A stretch of 64,000 bases of DNA from Raillietiella orientalis. Its lineage: Eukaryota. Made by a program: the position numbers and the translations under genes. This document shows, one piece after another, positions 13,541 through 26,580 of this stretch. A model generated the notes under the pieces. That model had not been told where the DNA came from. It searched no databases and worked only from the letters and a program-made list of their open reading frames with translations. How positions within the stretch are numbered: position 1 is the stretch's first letter; every line of letters starts with the position of its first letter. Location: positions 2,666,001-2,730,000 of the forward strand of contig JAYWIR010000004.1 in NCBI GenBank assembly GCA_036172245.1, given 5' to 3'.

Positions 13541-15499
13541 TTTATAAGGAATCAGCATAATTCCATATGGGAGATTCCAAAATCACTTTTCCGCTTCCAA
13601 AAACAATTAGAGATCACTTGTAAAACGGGCAGTTACAAGAACGCAAGGATGTTTTCCCCCATCTGTCGGTGGTTGTTCAATAGCAAGAATCATCTTCCAG
13701 ATTTTGTATGATTTCTTTTGCTGCATGCCCCGAAAGACGCGAAATCTGGGAGACAGCAGAGTAGAATGCTGAACACTGCATCCTTAGAGTAGTGGATACA
13801 GAAAGAGAAGCTGACAGTAGCATACCGGATCGCTCAGGAAGGAAAGGAAATCAGATTACCGTCCACATTACTTTGTGATCACCTCAGCTTGCGCCGATCG
13901 CGTCGAAATCTGTTTTCCAAAGCTAAAGAGTCTTCGGGGGTGGCTGCGGTCACCAAAAAGGAGCAAAACCTGTTTCGCTCCATGGAAAAATCCTGGATGC
14001 ATTGGAAACGTCCGCGCCTGCTTCACCTTCACGTCGTTCGCGAAGTGGATTTTGCATCTCAGAGAGGAAAGGTCAGATGAATTTCATTCCTTTTAAAGCC
14101 GTTTATCTGGCCTGGGATGCCTAATCCTAAATCATTGGACTTGAATTCGCATACATCAGGAATTCATCGGAAGGTAACGCATGTGATGAGCATCATTATA
14201 CTTGCGCTCTTCTGATTGGCTGTTGTCATCCACCACCGCTGGTGAAGACTGATCGCATCTGTTTTCCTGCATAAATATGCAAACACGATCCAATTGAGGA
14301 GCATTGGATGTACCAAATGCGGTGGTGCATCACGCGATGACAATGTGAGAAAAGGGAATCGATGATAATGAGAAACACCATGAGAAACACAGCGCGGAGT
14401 AGGAGGCCCTCTTCAAGCGAATGTTTGATATAAATGGAAGAACCATACAAATCTAGAAAATGCGCCGGGAAAATCCGTACAAATGACGTGTTTTCCTTCT
14501 TGATAAAGTACTCTGCACGAATCCGACGACAACGCGCTTCGTATTCCTCGCTAAGAAAGGATCCATTCGCGACATCCGGTCATGATCTACTGAAACAGGC
14601 ACAACTTATTCCAATGCTTGGGGGCTTCAATTCCTCCCACCCAAACGCTTAACACACACTCATCACAAATAGTGGGATCCTAGAACTATGCTCGTTTTTC
14701 TGTCTGCCTTATAAGGACGCACTCTGACCATTGTGTGACGATCATTCTTTCTTTGGATGTGATGCAAAAGAAGACAAAAGGCACGTAGAGTATGTAATCT
14801 GCTGAATCGCCAAAGGTGTTTCTGTTTTCAATGCAAAACCACGTCAGCATCATGAAGAGCTAGAAAAAAAAAATACTTCTCCAATGATCTTTGCCGCATG
14901 GTAGGACCTCGTGCACTCTGTTTAGTAATCCAAGATTCTTCGACAGATCAACCAAATGCATTGCAACTCACGAATCTCTCAGAACGGCCTTACGTCTGGA
15001 GGAAAAGGGATGAGAATAGGTAAGAAGATTGAGTTTTAAAAACTGCTAGTAGATGTTTTCCAGGTTACATTTTCAGGCTACGGCGCATTTGAAAATTTCA
15101 CGCGATAGCGGCATAAAAAGCTGAGGGCGAATATCCCGTTTACCCATCATCAAGCTGAAAATGGGAAAAGGATCTCGGTAGCCATTCCTAAATCCACGAG
15201 GGAATAAAACGGAACTTTATTTTCTTGTATTCGAAACGCTTTCTCTTTCAAAGTGATCAACATGTTACAAAAACCCACGGTATGTTCTTTAAGGATGCAG
15301 CTTTAGGTCGTAGCTACAGCAACCACTTGATTGGTGCTAGTCTTTTTCCATCCGAACGCAGCTGCTTCTCAATTTCTCATGGAAAAAGAGTTTGAGTATG
15401 GGCCTTCCTTCCTGAAAACTATAGGCCAGAAGACCTAGTAGTAGTCGAACTGCATCCGGAAAACACCTAATGGCATCAAGAAAAGGGAAGAAGAAAAAA

Positions 15500-16450
15500 A
15501 GCTCGTAAATCAGTGACTCAGTTCATGATACATTCCCCTGTGAATGAGAAAAATCACCAAGCTACTCATTGGAATCGTCATGATGATAAACGCGTGTAAG
15601 CGTGCAGCTACTCAGATGTAACCTAAAAAAAAAAAAAAAGACGATATAAATCATTCAGGGTTTCTTTTTAACTACTAAGGAAAAGGTATCAGCCAACCTT
15701 GGTTGATCTTTTCCTCTTGGAACATTGGACCTCCCTAATTCCCAAATCAATTTGTCCGCATCGATACCAGATTTAGCAGCCGAAAATCCTCCTAAATTGC
15801 TTTTACCAAGACTTGAGGCAGTCACAGAGAACTGCAGAAAAGAAGCGAAGCACAAAAAAAGACCAACTCTTTGATACTTATCCACTCTGAGCTACACAGG
15901 GTCCATCCTCTCGCGGAACTGCGAGCAACTAAGAAACCGAAGAGCAGAAGAAACATCCGTCTTTTTTGTCTTTTTTTACCCGCTTCCTAATCGCCAATGG
16001 AAAACCAAAATCACCTCCAAGCATCCATCTTTGTCTTTTAGCAAGCATCATAGCTGTGAGACGCGCATCCGTGTTCTGCACACCAGATATCCGCGGACCA
16101 ACTTTCGTTTTCCTGAACGTGTGGTATGCACGGTTTATGACGAATTTCCTCCCGCGATTGCTCTCGCAGAGATGGGACCAATAGCAGAATTGGGACTGCC
16201 ATCAATCCTTACGGTTTTATTGGGTTTTCCTCCTCTTCCTTCGTGGAATTCAGATTTGCTGATCTCTTCCCTTTGAGCATTCTTCGATCTAATCTTCCGT
16301 ACCGGGGCGCACATCATCGTTCTCTTTGCTTCGAAGTTGAATTTTGTGACCCTCCACTGTACCATGCCCGGTCGCAAGCCGAAGTTGCTTGAATCACACA
16401 CTTCGGAACAGTGTATCTTTTTTCTTCGTGCTTACGAGCATGCGGGTGCT
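15500..16450 (-). mobile_element. Decayed L1-type LINE ORF2 relic
   Basis: Minus-strand GKPNKTVRIDGSP (cf. 'K.PGPDG.P'), VQNTDARLTAMMLAKR (cf. 'LLNTD.K..AK.LA.R') and DKLIWE...PR. Confidence 0.55.
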
Positions 16451-17410
16451 TGGGTTTCTCGGATGAAGGGTAGGTTGAGAAGCTCCATTAGAACGTCGTG
16501 TGGATCATTCAACTGTTTTCCTCGTGCGACTGCCAACCGATCTTCTCTCTCTGAAGAAATCCCACTCTAACGAAATGTGTGGTCCACGTGACCCCGTAAA
16601 ATATGTGACAGTCAACGACTTTGTTAACGATGAATTGGTGAACAAGACTCCCTCGTAAATGCCGAATCGTGTGTGTGTGTGTGTGTGTTTTCCATACGTA
16701 AATATCCCATAGCAGAGTAGTCTATCCGAGTGAGAACACTATTTCATCAAAACAGGGACCTGATTCCTATTAGGCTGCGAACTCACGTAGAAGATGAGAC
16801 TTTTTCTCTAAATCCACGCTCGTTTACAGGGTTCTCAATAGCGAAGTTTGCTCTATCGAAAATCATAAGCGGGCACGGCTTTTTTTTTTTTTTTTGTATT
16901 TTAATTGATAGCGCGCTTCACGCCGTAAAGACATCTCTAATCAGTATTGTGCTTCTATCTCTTCAGCATGTGCAAATTGGGGTGCAAATCATGATGCAAA
17001 TTTATATTTCCTTCCATTTAGAGCTGTCTCGCTGCTACGCCTGGAGATTTCATCGCGCAGGGTAGTCCACGGTGCTCCCCCCCTCCCTTCCCCCAAATTT
17101 CATGTGCGAGGGAACCCGCACCAAAGCAGGCGACTCTTGAGATGACCGGAAAGGAAACGAAAGTGCGCTTCCCTTGCACGGATTTGGCTGCTGTCTCCCA
17201 CCACCTGGTCTGTTCCTGACGTCCGCGTGAGCGTTTGTGCTCGTTCAGCAGGTCACAACGGGCCCATCGGGTCGCATTGGCAGATCACACGCACACCCTT
17301 CGTGAATGGCAGTCCCCTGCAGCGCACGCACCGATACTCTACCAGGATGGCACTAATTATTAAAGCATGCAAAGCCGGAGGTGAGGGTTCCTCCTCCCTT
17401 TCGGTCATGC

Positions 17411-17413
<3 letters not shown>

Positions 17414-17441
<28 letters not shown>
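17414..17441. repeat. (TG)n microsatellite
   Basis: Direct sequence. Similar (CA/TG)n tracts occur at ~16669, ~47199, ~52127 and ~57093. Confidence 0.95.
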
Positions 17442-17899
17442 ACCCGGAAGTGTCTCTAATTGCAAGCGCCTGCCACGTAGCCATCTTTTTTTTCTCGGCC
17501 AAATGAACATTTGTCTAGCTCTCGTGCGGTTCTCTTCTGAGGGACTTTGCACGCTTTTCCGGATGATTTATACCCCTTCAAGTCCGTGTCGAGAGGTCCG
17601 ACAATCAGTCGAAGCCGCCGCAGATTCCAAAAGAGCGAGTTGGGCCGCTCACCCTGGAAACCGGTAAATCAAACGAATGTCCCTCAAGGGCGGAATTCCC
17701 GTGTTCCGTGTTTTGCAGCGAGGAAAGCTGAGCCCTTCCGAAAGGCGCCCTTTAGGAGGGATCCTGGTGTCGGATAGGAGGAAAAAAAAAATGGGGAAGC
17801 GGACGACGCGCGTGACAACGATCCCATTCGATGCCCGAGCCACAACCGCTCCGGGATGAAAATTCACGACGTGGAAATGGTAGAGACACATCGGCAAAA

Positions 17900-19560
17900 A
17901 GCACGGAATTGTGGGTTTTCCGGATGAAACACTCAGAAAGACAAATCAGCACTCCCACCGGGCATGTCCCGGTCACTTTGAAACTGACTGATGAAACATC
18001 CGTGAGAGTCGCAGAGCAATTGTCTTGCGTTTCTGAGAGCGGGAAGGCATTGTCCCGGGGCAATAACTCTGCAGATAATCGATCCGCCACCAGAAAGCTT
18101 GGTGAAGACACAGGACTGGCGGAGGGGACCCACACCAACGCGCACTCACGACTTGGGCGCGTGCGTGCGACGGCCCAGGACGCAAGGCATCCCTCCGACA
18201 CCGCCTACGAAAATCTCCTGCGAGTGCCCTTCGCAGTGGACGGACGGCATTTGCGTAGGCCGTTCTGACGCCGGCGCAGGGCACGTACCCACCTCCACTC
18301 ATCTGGGATGTTCCAGAACCCAGTCCCCGTCTCGCGAGCACCGAAGCGGGGCTGCGTCCCCAGTGTGGGTTGCCGAGGTGGGAGAGAACTCGGACCTTCC
18401 CCAGAAGCGCTATAAGAAATGGTGCAGGGGGTCGTGAGCAGAATCGAAAGGCTAAGGAAAAGAATGGGAACGCAAGGCGGTATCAGGGAATGAGGGGGCG
18501 GTTGAAATATGACCCTTCTTGAGCAGAGCCTGGGCGAGAGCTTCGTTCCTCTTTAGGCGATTACTTGCAAGTTTGACCTTAACCTTGACCCCAAGAAGTG
18601 GGCACGCGCCACCGCCACTCCTTTAGCCGCAGCACTATCTCCCCCCCGTGGAGCACTAAGATTCGCCTGTTAGGTGAAAGAGCTCTCCTGCAGTGTGGCA
18701 TGAGTCAGTAAACCGATAAGACCCCGCCTCGTTCTGAAGTCTGGCAAATAGCTGGTCGGGTCGGGAACTTTAGAACTCCGTAACACCGAGCGTTCGCGCT
18801 CAAAAAGCTGCACCGGTGGACAATCTCGACATCCCCCAGGACGCGCTGGTGGTCCCCGTTGGTTCGGTGCTCGCCCTTTGGTGGCAGCACGCGGCGGCAC
18901 TTTTCTCTCTCTGGAGCTTCCCGCGCAGCCAATGGCGACAACCACGGGTCGGCAGGAAACGCGTCTTGCCCGAAGTGTGCCAGGTGCGCGGGGCTGCTGC
19001 TGAACCGCCCCGCACCTGCTTCCGGACCGCCACAGCGGAAGGCAGCGGACGACAGCAGCCCTTCTGAGACCGGGGTAACTCCTTCGACTGCTTCTGTGGC
19101 GGTCCTTTGTGCTACAAGGCTTCGGCCGCTGGCGACGCCGCGCTGCACCGTCCGAGCAGCCGTCTCGAATCGCCACTTGGTGGGACGACGGAAGCGCCAG
19201 AGGACGGCCAGTCGCATCATCCCGTCCGTGATGCAGAGGGTGGCAAGATGGCCTCACCTCCGTCCCGAAATCCAAGGGGACGCTCCCCCGGCTTGCGGGA
19301 AGGCTCTAAGGAAGACGTCGCATGGAAACCCGGTGACCCTCTTTACTCCATGAGCCTCCATCCCGTAGACAATAAACCTTTGCTCACGGCGTTTCCCCGT
19401 TTCGTGTGTCTCTCGCTTTCCTATTTCATTTATTTTGTTCCTTTCCCCGTGACCCGCTCAACTCCGTCTTGCTGTGAGCGTTTTCCTCTTAGCTACTGAC
19501 CTAAGTGTTGGCGCCCCTTGATTCGTGCCCCCAAGGTCTCGTTAATGCATGTTCATTTCA
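17900..19560 (+). mobile_element. Decayed 3' half of a Tx1-type LINE
   Basis: LTDETSVRVAEQLSCVSESGKAL (post-YADD region), LIWDVPEPSPRL...GLP (cf. 'FIW...R...GGLGLP') and SCPKC, followed by a T-rich tail at ~19420 like the one at ~13330. Confidence 0.45.
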
Positions 19561-20259
19561 TCTGAGTAAACGTCCCAGGGTGAGCCCGTTTAAAACGTTT
19601 GTTTGGAAACGTTTTAGACGCCTGGATTTCCATTTTGCAATTTGACTGGAATTTGGTTCGCTCTCAAGTAGAAATTTCAACCTGTTGACTACAGTCGATT
19701 TGCAAAATGGGAGGTGACGAATCAGATGGAAGAAATATCAGGAAAGAAACAAGTGTGCGGCAGCTTTCTGCGTCCATCTAACAGAAAGCAGAAAGTGTTT
19801 CAGTCCTTTGTGCGAAAACTCGTGTTGGCAATCCTCATGGACTATCTGGCGCTTTCGCTAGCACTGCCACAAATGGACCTGAAAAATAAACCTACCCGTC
19901 CATGTCACAAGAGCTTGTTCTGGAGACCTCCACAGATCGATCAAGCCGGGCAACCCTTTATCCCATTAGTATATGAAATGTGTACCTCTACCCATCTTAC
20001 TTCGCCCAAAATCCAGGAACACCGAATTCAGCTCATGTCTTCTTACTCCGTGCCTATCTTTCCGGGGGAAAAGCATTCTTGAAAGACCAAGATGAACGTC
20101 TGGAGACGAATTCTTCTTCTTGCAGTCATTTTCATCCTGTCCGCTCTGAGTCCGGGACTAGCTGCGCTTTTCCGTCTCAAGAGTTTCAGGCTCTAAGTAC
20201 CTCAGAGCCGGTCGCGTGCCTCGCGGCGCACGTGGCTCTTTTTTTTTAAACATTAAACA

Positions 20260-21150
20260 CACTGTTTTGTTTCCACGCCCCTCCGCCCGCAGCAACCCGC
20301 AGGGGGGCGTGTAATTCTTCAGGATAGGGGGCATTCCGGGATGGAGGTCCGCCCTATGAATCCAGGAAGGGCTCGGAGTCCGTTCCTCTCACGCTTGGGG
20401 AGGAATCCCCCCGAACGGGGGGATCGCACCTCCAACCCTTGTTGTCTCCGAAGGGGGACCCCGAAGGGAATCTCCTTCCTCATTCTCTCCGGAGGGACAC
20501 CTCCTGGGAGGAAGTGGTCCCTTCCATTTCAACTTCTCCGAAGGGAACCTGGAAAGGATCCGCTTGTAGGAATTTCTTCTCCGGAGGGAACCGCTCCTGT
20601 TCACTCCTCTGAAGAGAACCCCGAAGGGACGCTTCCGAAACTCAGAAGGGGCGCTGCAGCTTCCCGCAGGGAATCGCCCTCGCTTGCTTCCTTGCACTCT
20701 GTGAAGAGGCGACGACTCGGAGGGTCTACTCCGCAACAGGGAGGTCTGCTCTCCTTTGAACAACTGGAGAGGTGCCCGTGAGGGCTCCTGCCCCATCTTG
20801 GAGCCGGAGGGGTCCCCCAGTGGGAAGAGTCCGCTCTCCGTTGCACTATCGGAGAGGGAACTCCCCACTCCTTGATTCCTGGGAGGACCCGAAGGTCGAC
20901 TCCCATTGTTCCGGCCTTCATCGGGGGCCTCCGGCTTAATCCACTGCCGGTGCCATGCCCGAATGTCTCGGCCAACCAGCGCCATTGCAGGAGAAACTCG
21001 CAACTCGACGACGCAGTGGCGTCAGAGTTTCTGCAGAAGTATTCGAACCCGCGACCCATGTTACCACACGCGGAAGCCTTAACCACAAGGCCTCCGACGC
21101 GAGAGTTTCAAGCTCCATGCCTGACCATGTTGTCCAGAGTAAGTAGTTGC
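20260..21150 (+). mobile_element. Third copy of the dispersed repeat (putative structured 5' UTR plus ORF1 start of a Tx1-type LINE)
   Basis: Nucleotide similarity to the reverse complement of 10100-10425. The peptides MNPGRARSPFLSRLGRNPPER and MNPERPLRKESVPFLRLGGNPER align. Confidence 0.7.
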
Positions 21151-21749
21151 TCACGACTGTGCATGCAATTTGTAATTACTGCAATTGTGTTGCATCCTTG
21201 CCTCAGACGCGCCACCCATTCATCAGAAGATGGAAATCGATGTTAAGGAGCTGGCGTGCCAAGTTAAGAAAGAAAGCAGGAAACAACAGATTATCTTCAA
21301 AAGGTGCAAAACAAGTTTTTAGTTGAGATGCCAGAAAGAAGAGTGAACGTTCTTGGATGTGATCATATTCACAAATGAAGCAGTTATACATGAATCAGAT
21401 TCAACTGTTTGTTTCTCTCCTTTTGCAATAATGCTTTTGCCATTGGTCAAAGATCATGTTGTTTACACACTGAACGTTAGTATAGACTGTTTTAGATTAT
21501 TGTGAATCTAACGATGTTCTGTTGGGTACATCGTTATTTGCTACAATTATCAAGGAAAATGGGAATCCCAGTTTATGTCACTGGTCAGTAATTCTCGTAT
21601 TCTGTTAACACTGTCTCCAGCACCTTTCAAACATTTTTAGATAACGGTAAACTCAAACGGAAAGTAAACTGAGACTATAGCTCCAAGGAAAGCGGAAGTC
21701 TCGCTTTCTGATGAGCCAGAAGGAAGGGCCAACACTAAAGTGATGTCAA

Positions 21750-23400
21750 GCTAAAAAGAAAGAGTGAGGCCTTATACCTTCAGCGCCAGTTCTGCAGCTG
21801 TTGACCGGGAAACCAGGATGTGGACCGACTCCAGAGATCCGTTCTGCTCCTTGGGCGACGCCTTCGCTGGGGATTCGGTAGGGTGGCCGCGATCAAAGTG
21901 TCGCCGGACCTGAAAATCTGCGTGAACGCAAGGGGTTGTGTTTCCAGTATAGCATCCTCTTCTTAACTGCTGTATCTGGCACTTGTTCGTGCTCTGGTGA
22001 GTGAGTCCTTTGCGCACTGCCGGCATGAGAAAGTTGTGATTCCAACCTCAAACCGGCATACTTCTTGGATCGAAACCTTTCTCGTGCTAAACCCTTCGAA
22101 GCAGAAAAGAGAAGCATTTTGCAGAGTCGCTTCTGCAGTGAGTAGTTCTGTACTATTTCTGGCACCAAGACAATGCTTGGTACATTTACCGATCAACATT
22201 CTTTAGGCTGAGATCGAACTCTCCTTACAGGAATTATTCCTCCTGCCATCCCAGATCCCCTAGCTGCATGCTCCCTGAACTTTCACATCTAATCGTTTAG
22301 AAGAAACCCTACAGGCATGCTTGAACCAAGGAAGCATCATCACAGAAAATAGCAGCGGCATTATCTTTGGAAAGCGTTCCGGTGTCGTGCCATCGTCTTT
22401 TAAGTGTTCCCTAATTGAACCGAATGCCCTCAAATTTCCCAACCAGTGTTTTGGATTAGAAGAAACCAAGAAGACTGAAGATCAGGTCAATGTACGCCTG
22501 GAGAGCGTCCGGATCAGAAAAAATTTCAATACTTGAAAAAGTGGATGTACATTTCGGTTTCTTATTTTACTAGTGGTGCACCGCGCATTCGGTACAGAAA
22601 CGAAAATGGAATTGAGCCGAATTCTCTTTCCGAAGTCGACAAGTACAAAAAATGCATAGGTCTGTTTCCCGTAAATACCAATTGTCTGTACCAATCGAGG
22701 AAGTCTTTTGTGCACACGTAAACTCTCGACTGTTTTGATCTCTGAACCGAATAGATGACTGCAGATTTTCACAATAGCTAGTAGGAGTGGTCGTGGTGAT
22801 TACTACTTACGGACTGGCTCTGATCACCGTTGTCCTTACGAGCAAAATGTCCAGCGTGTCGAATGTCGTCGAACCGGCTTGTAAAGTCAAATTCGAAACT
22901 GCTTGAAAGCAGCTTCCCTGCCATGGAACAACGTCATGAAGCCGTCCGAAGAAACTTTCCCCGACAAACCGACTCTTTCCAGCTGCATCGAATCGTTGAG
23001 GATTTCGTGCAATCCTCTTGCTATTCGGGAAAAATTTTTTTGTTTGCGATTCAAGATTTAAACGGAACAAACATTCAACCGATTCAAGTTCAATGAATTT
23101 CAGAAATCCTGTTGTACGCGTTTTTCCGAAGCTGTACTTATATATAGGATGCAAGGGCGTATATGTATCTTTCATCACTTGGTATTTCATGGGAACAACT
23201 GAATGTAACTTCACTTGGAGTTCCAGATTCACGTACGAAGTGTATCAGCTTTATTTGATCGGAGTTTCGAATAGATGTTGCAATCAGTCTAATTTAACTG
23301 TTCACTCTGACCCAGAGATGCAGTTTTTGGAAAAAACGTTTTTGCAAAAGTAAAAAGGAACCGTAAAATCACTACCAGATTTCACAACACGGGAAAAGAA
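21750..23400 (-). mobile_element. Decayed L1-type LINE ORF2 (endonuclease end through RT)
   Basis: MKDTYTPLHPIYKYSF (cf. APE 'D.YR.LHP...YTF'), CLFRLNLES (cf. 'W.LN.S') and FFVLVDFGKR (cf. 'LDFEKAFD'), in collinear order on the minus strand. Confidence 0.6.
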
Positions 23401-25350
23401 TAGATTTTCAGGCTTCAATGATTCCCCTCCATTTCGGCATACCTTCTCAACTCATAAGGGCATTATGTACACAACAGTCACTAGCAGCAGGATAATAAGG
23501 GCATGGTAAAGTAAATATTCAGAAATATTTGACGCATTGCAAACAAAATCAACGTTTTCTTTGGTACAAAGTACAAGAACTGCAAGCAAAAACTACCAGA
23601 GACTACAGGATAACAGAAAAAGAGTGTAAGGTTCAATCCAAATGCATTTGCACTGTTGTGGCAGCTATTGTATAGTGACTCATTATCATGAAAAACATCA
23701 CCTGCTTGAAGCATTTAGCAGCATGGGGATTTGGAAAGCTTGCAAGTCACATGAAAACACCTTCAGGCTAGAAATAATGGCTTCTGATTAAGCAATTAGC
23801 TTAAAGAAAGGATTTTGAAATCCAAGCCATCAAAGGGCATGCGAGAACTGGATTAGAAAATGTTTTCTTCTAAAAGAGGAGGCAAAGCATGCAAAATAGA
23901 ATTAGTAGAACATGCCATCATTTTCTTTTTTCTTGAAAGTTCCATTGTAGAATTCAACTTCTTTGTAGACATGCTTTTGCTTAGAAGCTTTCACATTAGA
24001 CATCTCCATTATCCCCTTAAAAAAACCAAAGCCATGCTTTCAAGGAAAATGCATAGGATGGAAGGCATGAATATACAATGACAGAGCTGTATTGGACTAA
24101 AACATAATGCATTCCTATCATTTCATGGTTCAAGATGCCAAAAGAGTGCTACTCTATGACCAAATGTTTAAATTTGTTCTCATAACAGTTAGGTGAGTCA
24201 CAAATCTTTCTTGCAGATTCTTGAAAATAAGCCAATAAATCAAATTGAAAAGAAGAGAAATGGAATGCATTTGAGTACAAAAACAAGGTAAATGTGAAAA
24301 CCAATCAATCAAGTGGAATTCAGCAAACAAGGCATTTTTTGGTCATTCCAGCTCCACAAGTTTACATAGTTGTCTGCTTTTCATGCTAATCTCAACTAAA
24401 AAGCTCAACTGATTCAATGCAGTGACTGTGTGACAACTGCAAAATAGGTAGAAGCTCTTTAGGCAGCTCCAATCTGAATAATATTGAAGAGTTCAATCCA
24501 ATGCATACTGAGCTTCCGCATGCAAAATCCTTGCAATAGCTGTGATTGCAGCAATACATGATCCCAAGAGTGGATGAGAATGTCTTAAAGTGCTTCCAAC
24601 AGCAAGTACAGAGGATGGAGGTCCTGCTGCATTACTGGATGACTCTTGGCATCAAAAAACTTCAAATCCTGGTAGCATATTATTGAGATTAGGTTGGCCT
24701 ATCAGATCTTCATTATCATCCATTTGGAATAAATCAAGTCAACAGACTTGATAGTCATTACTTGATAGACTTGATTAGCAGAAGTCAGATCTCAGCAAGA
24801 GCTGGGGTGGTAGTTGCTATGCTATTTGCATGTGCAAAAGGATCACCATCTTTGGTATTGTAAACCTTACAAAAGAACATGCTTTATTCATCTTCATTTC
24901 TTATACATAATTGCATCTTTATAACAATTGCCACAGTGAGCACTAAATACAGCACTGAATTATTGCCAATTCTGAAAATGTGACCATGAATACGATCTGC
25001 AGACTAGATAACTTAATTGTTTGAAATATTCTGTTGCAACAACCTCATAAGATAAAACCTTGCATGTTTGTTAAAGTAAGCAAATCTCAAATACTTATGC
25101 TGATGCTGATGTGAAAACCAGTGCCAATCCTCTCATATTCTTCTGCTAGACTCATATTGATAGTGCGATGTTTTAAAAAAAATGAAGTGATTCAAAAGCG
25201 CTTTATTAAGAAAAAAATTTTCAAGAAAAAAAAAAACCGAGGAAATTCTGAATGACTGATATTTTAACACACTGCCATTTCTTGGATTTCAAAATCAAAT
25301 TTTTGTGACCATAAATAATCCATTTATTACAAAAACAAATAACCCTTCAC
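23400..25350. other. AT-rich, strongly CpG-depleted block of unknown origin
   Basis: I counted only 2 CpG in 23581-24960, while TG/CA are abundant and flanking DNA has frequent CpG. Confidence 0.8.
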
Positions 25351-26288
25351 AAAACTGCTAATCTCACGGATTATTTCAAAGTTCCGTGGAATGAATGTCG
25401 TCGAGTGATGCAATTGCCTTTGTACTAAATACACACTTCACTCCAAACGAAATTGGCTGTCCGCGTTTGCTTTTAGCGCCTTCCAGCGCGTGTTCTCCGG
25501 AAAGGAAACGTCGAACTTTACAAGGAGACTTTCAACTAACCTTGTCATGGATCTAATTCCCACAAAAATAATACCAGATTGAGAGATCTGAACAGCTTAA
25601 CGTAATGCAATGACCCACAGTAGCATAATGTTGGGCAATGTGTGCCCAGTCAGTTACAACATACGATGACCACTGCTGATCCACATGGACCACGTTTATT
25701 TACCTGGGTATTTGGGGTGGTCTGCACTGGTCCAACTCTGGGCACCATAGCGGCACAACAGATCTTTTGCCCCAAATACTAAAAGTTTAAAAATCTAACG
25801 AATACAATATGCTCAACTCGTGTTTTCTCTTGGTTAGCATCACTACACCCATTTTGAGCATACCAAAATCCCTACTCGATTCCACATCTGCCGTAAAGAC
25901 AAAGGCTCATAGAGCCTAAGAACACATTTTTCTTCGGGAAGAGGCGACGGGAAGGTGAAAGAACTCCAAAAAAACTCATGTAAAGAACGATCTAGATAGC
26001 TCACCACAAGCACTGAGCACGCAGCACGGATCACCACTTGGGCAGACAAAATTCATGCCAAAGCTGCTCATGGTGCATCCTATCTCTCTTCCTTAACCAA
26101 CATCATTCGTGAGCTTCCCAAGGATTTAAGGAATTGAGTAAAAGTGTGGAAGACCTCAGTCTTGATTTCGGATTCTTCAAGGGGAACCCCCTGCGCGGTA
26201 TAAAGGCACAAATTAACGCCAATTTCAGGATTGTAGGGATAATTAATTGGAAGGCTACCAAAATTATCGGTATCATCCACATCACGCT

Positions 26289-26320
26289 ACAGATTAACAA
26301 GAGACAGATTAACAAGAGAC
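26289..26320. repeat. 15-bp perfect tandem duplication
   Basis: acagattaacaagag acagattaacaagag ac. Confidence 0.9.
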
Positions 26321-26580
26321 CTATGAGGAATCGATAAAAGGTAATTGAATAAGCAGAAGCAATTGATGGTGATGTTCATTAAGGAAACACGTACCCTGGC
26401 CCAAGAAGAAGACGACGAGGACGAGGAACAGCAACGGTGTGAGAAGGGAAAGAGGAGAGCAGGAAAACAAAGAAACGTCTTCGGCGCTTTCACTGAGTCA
26501 TCTCTTTTCCCCACATCCTACAAGTGGAGGGGTGAATTTATGAAAACCAACTTTGAAAGCAAACAACTTTAAATCTTTCC

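Noticed and set aside
20265..20365. Hammerhead ribozyme on the minus strand (CUGAAGA...stem...GAAAC)
   Set aside because: Extra bases separate the core from stem II, stem III cannot pair at the NUH site, and the other two copies read UUGAAGA and lack GAAA.
25095..25160. MSLAEEYERIGTGF resembling the NTF2 N-terminus
   Set aside because: Similarity is limited to ~14 residues and no downstream NTF2 sequence was found.
25700..26280. Minus-strand ORF 26080-26280 and an exon-like AG...GT segment at ~25704-25778
   Set aside because: No recognisable protein family and no consistent multi-exon reading frame.
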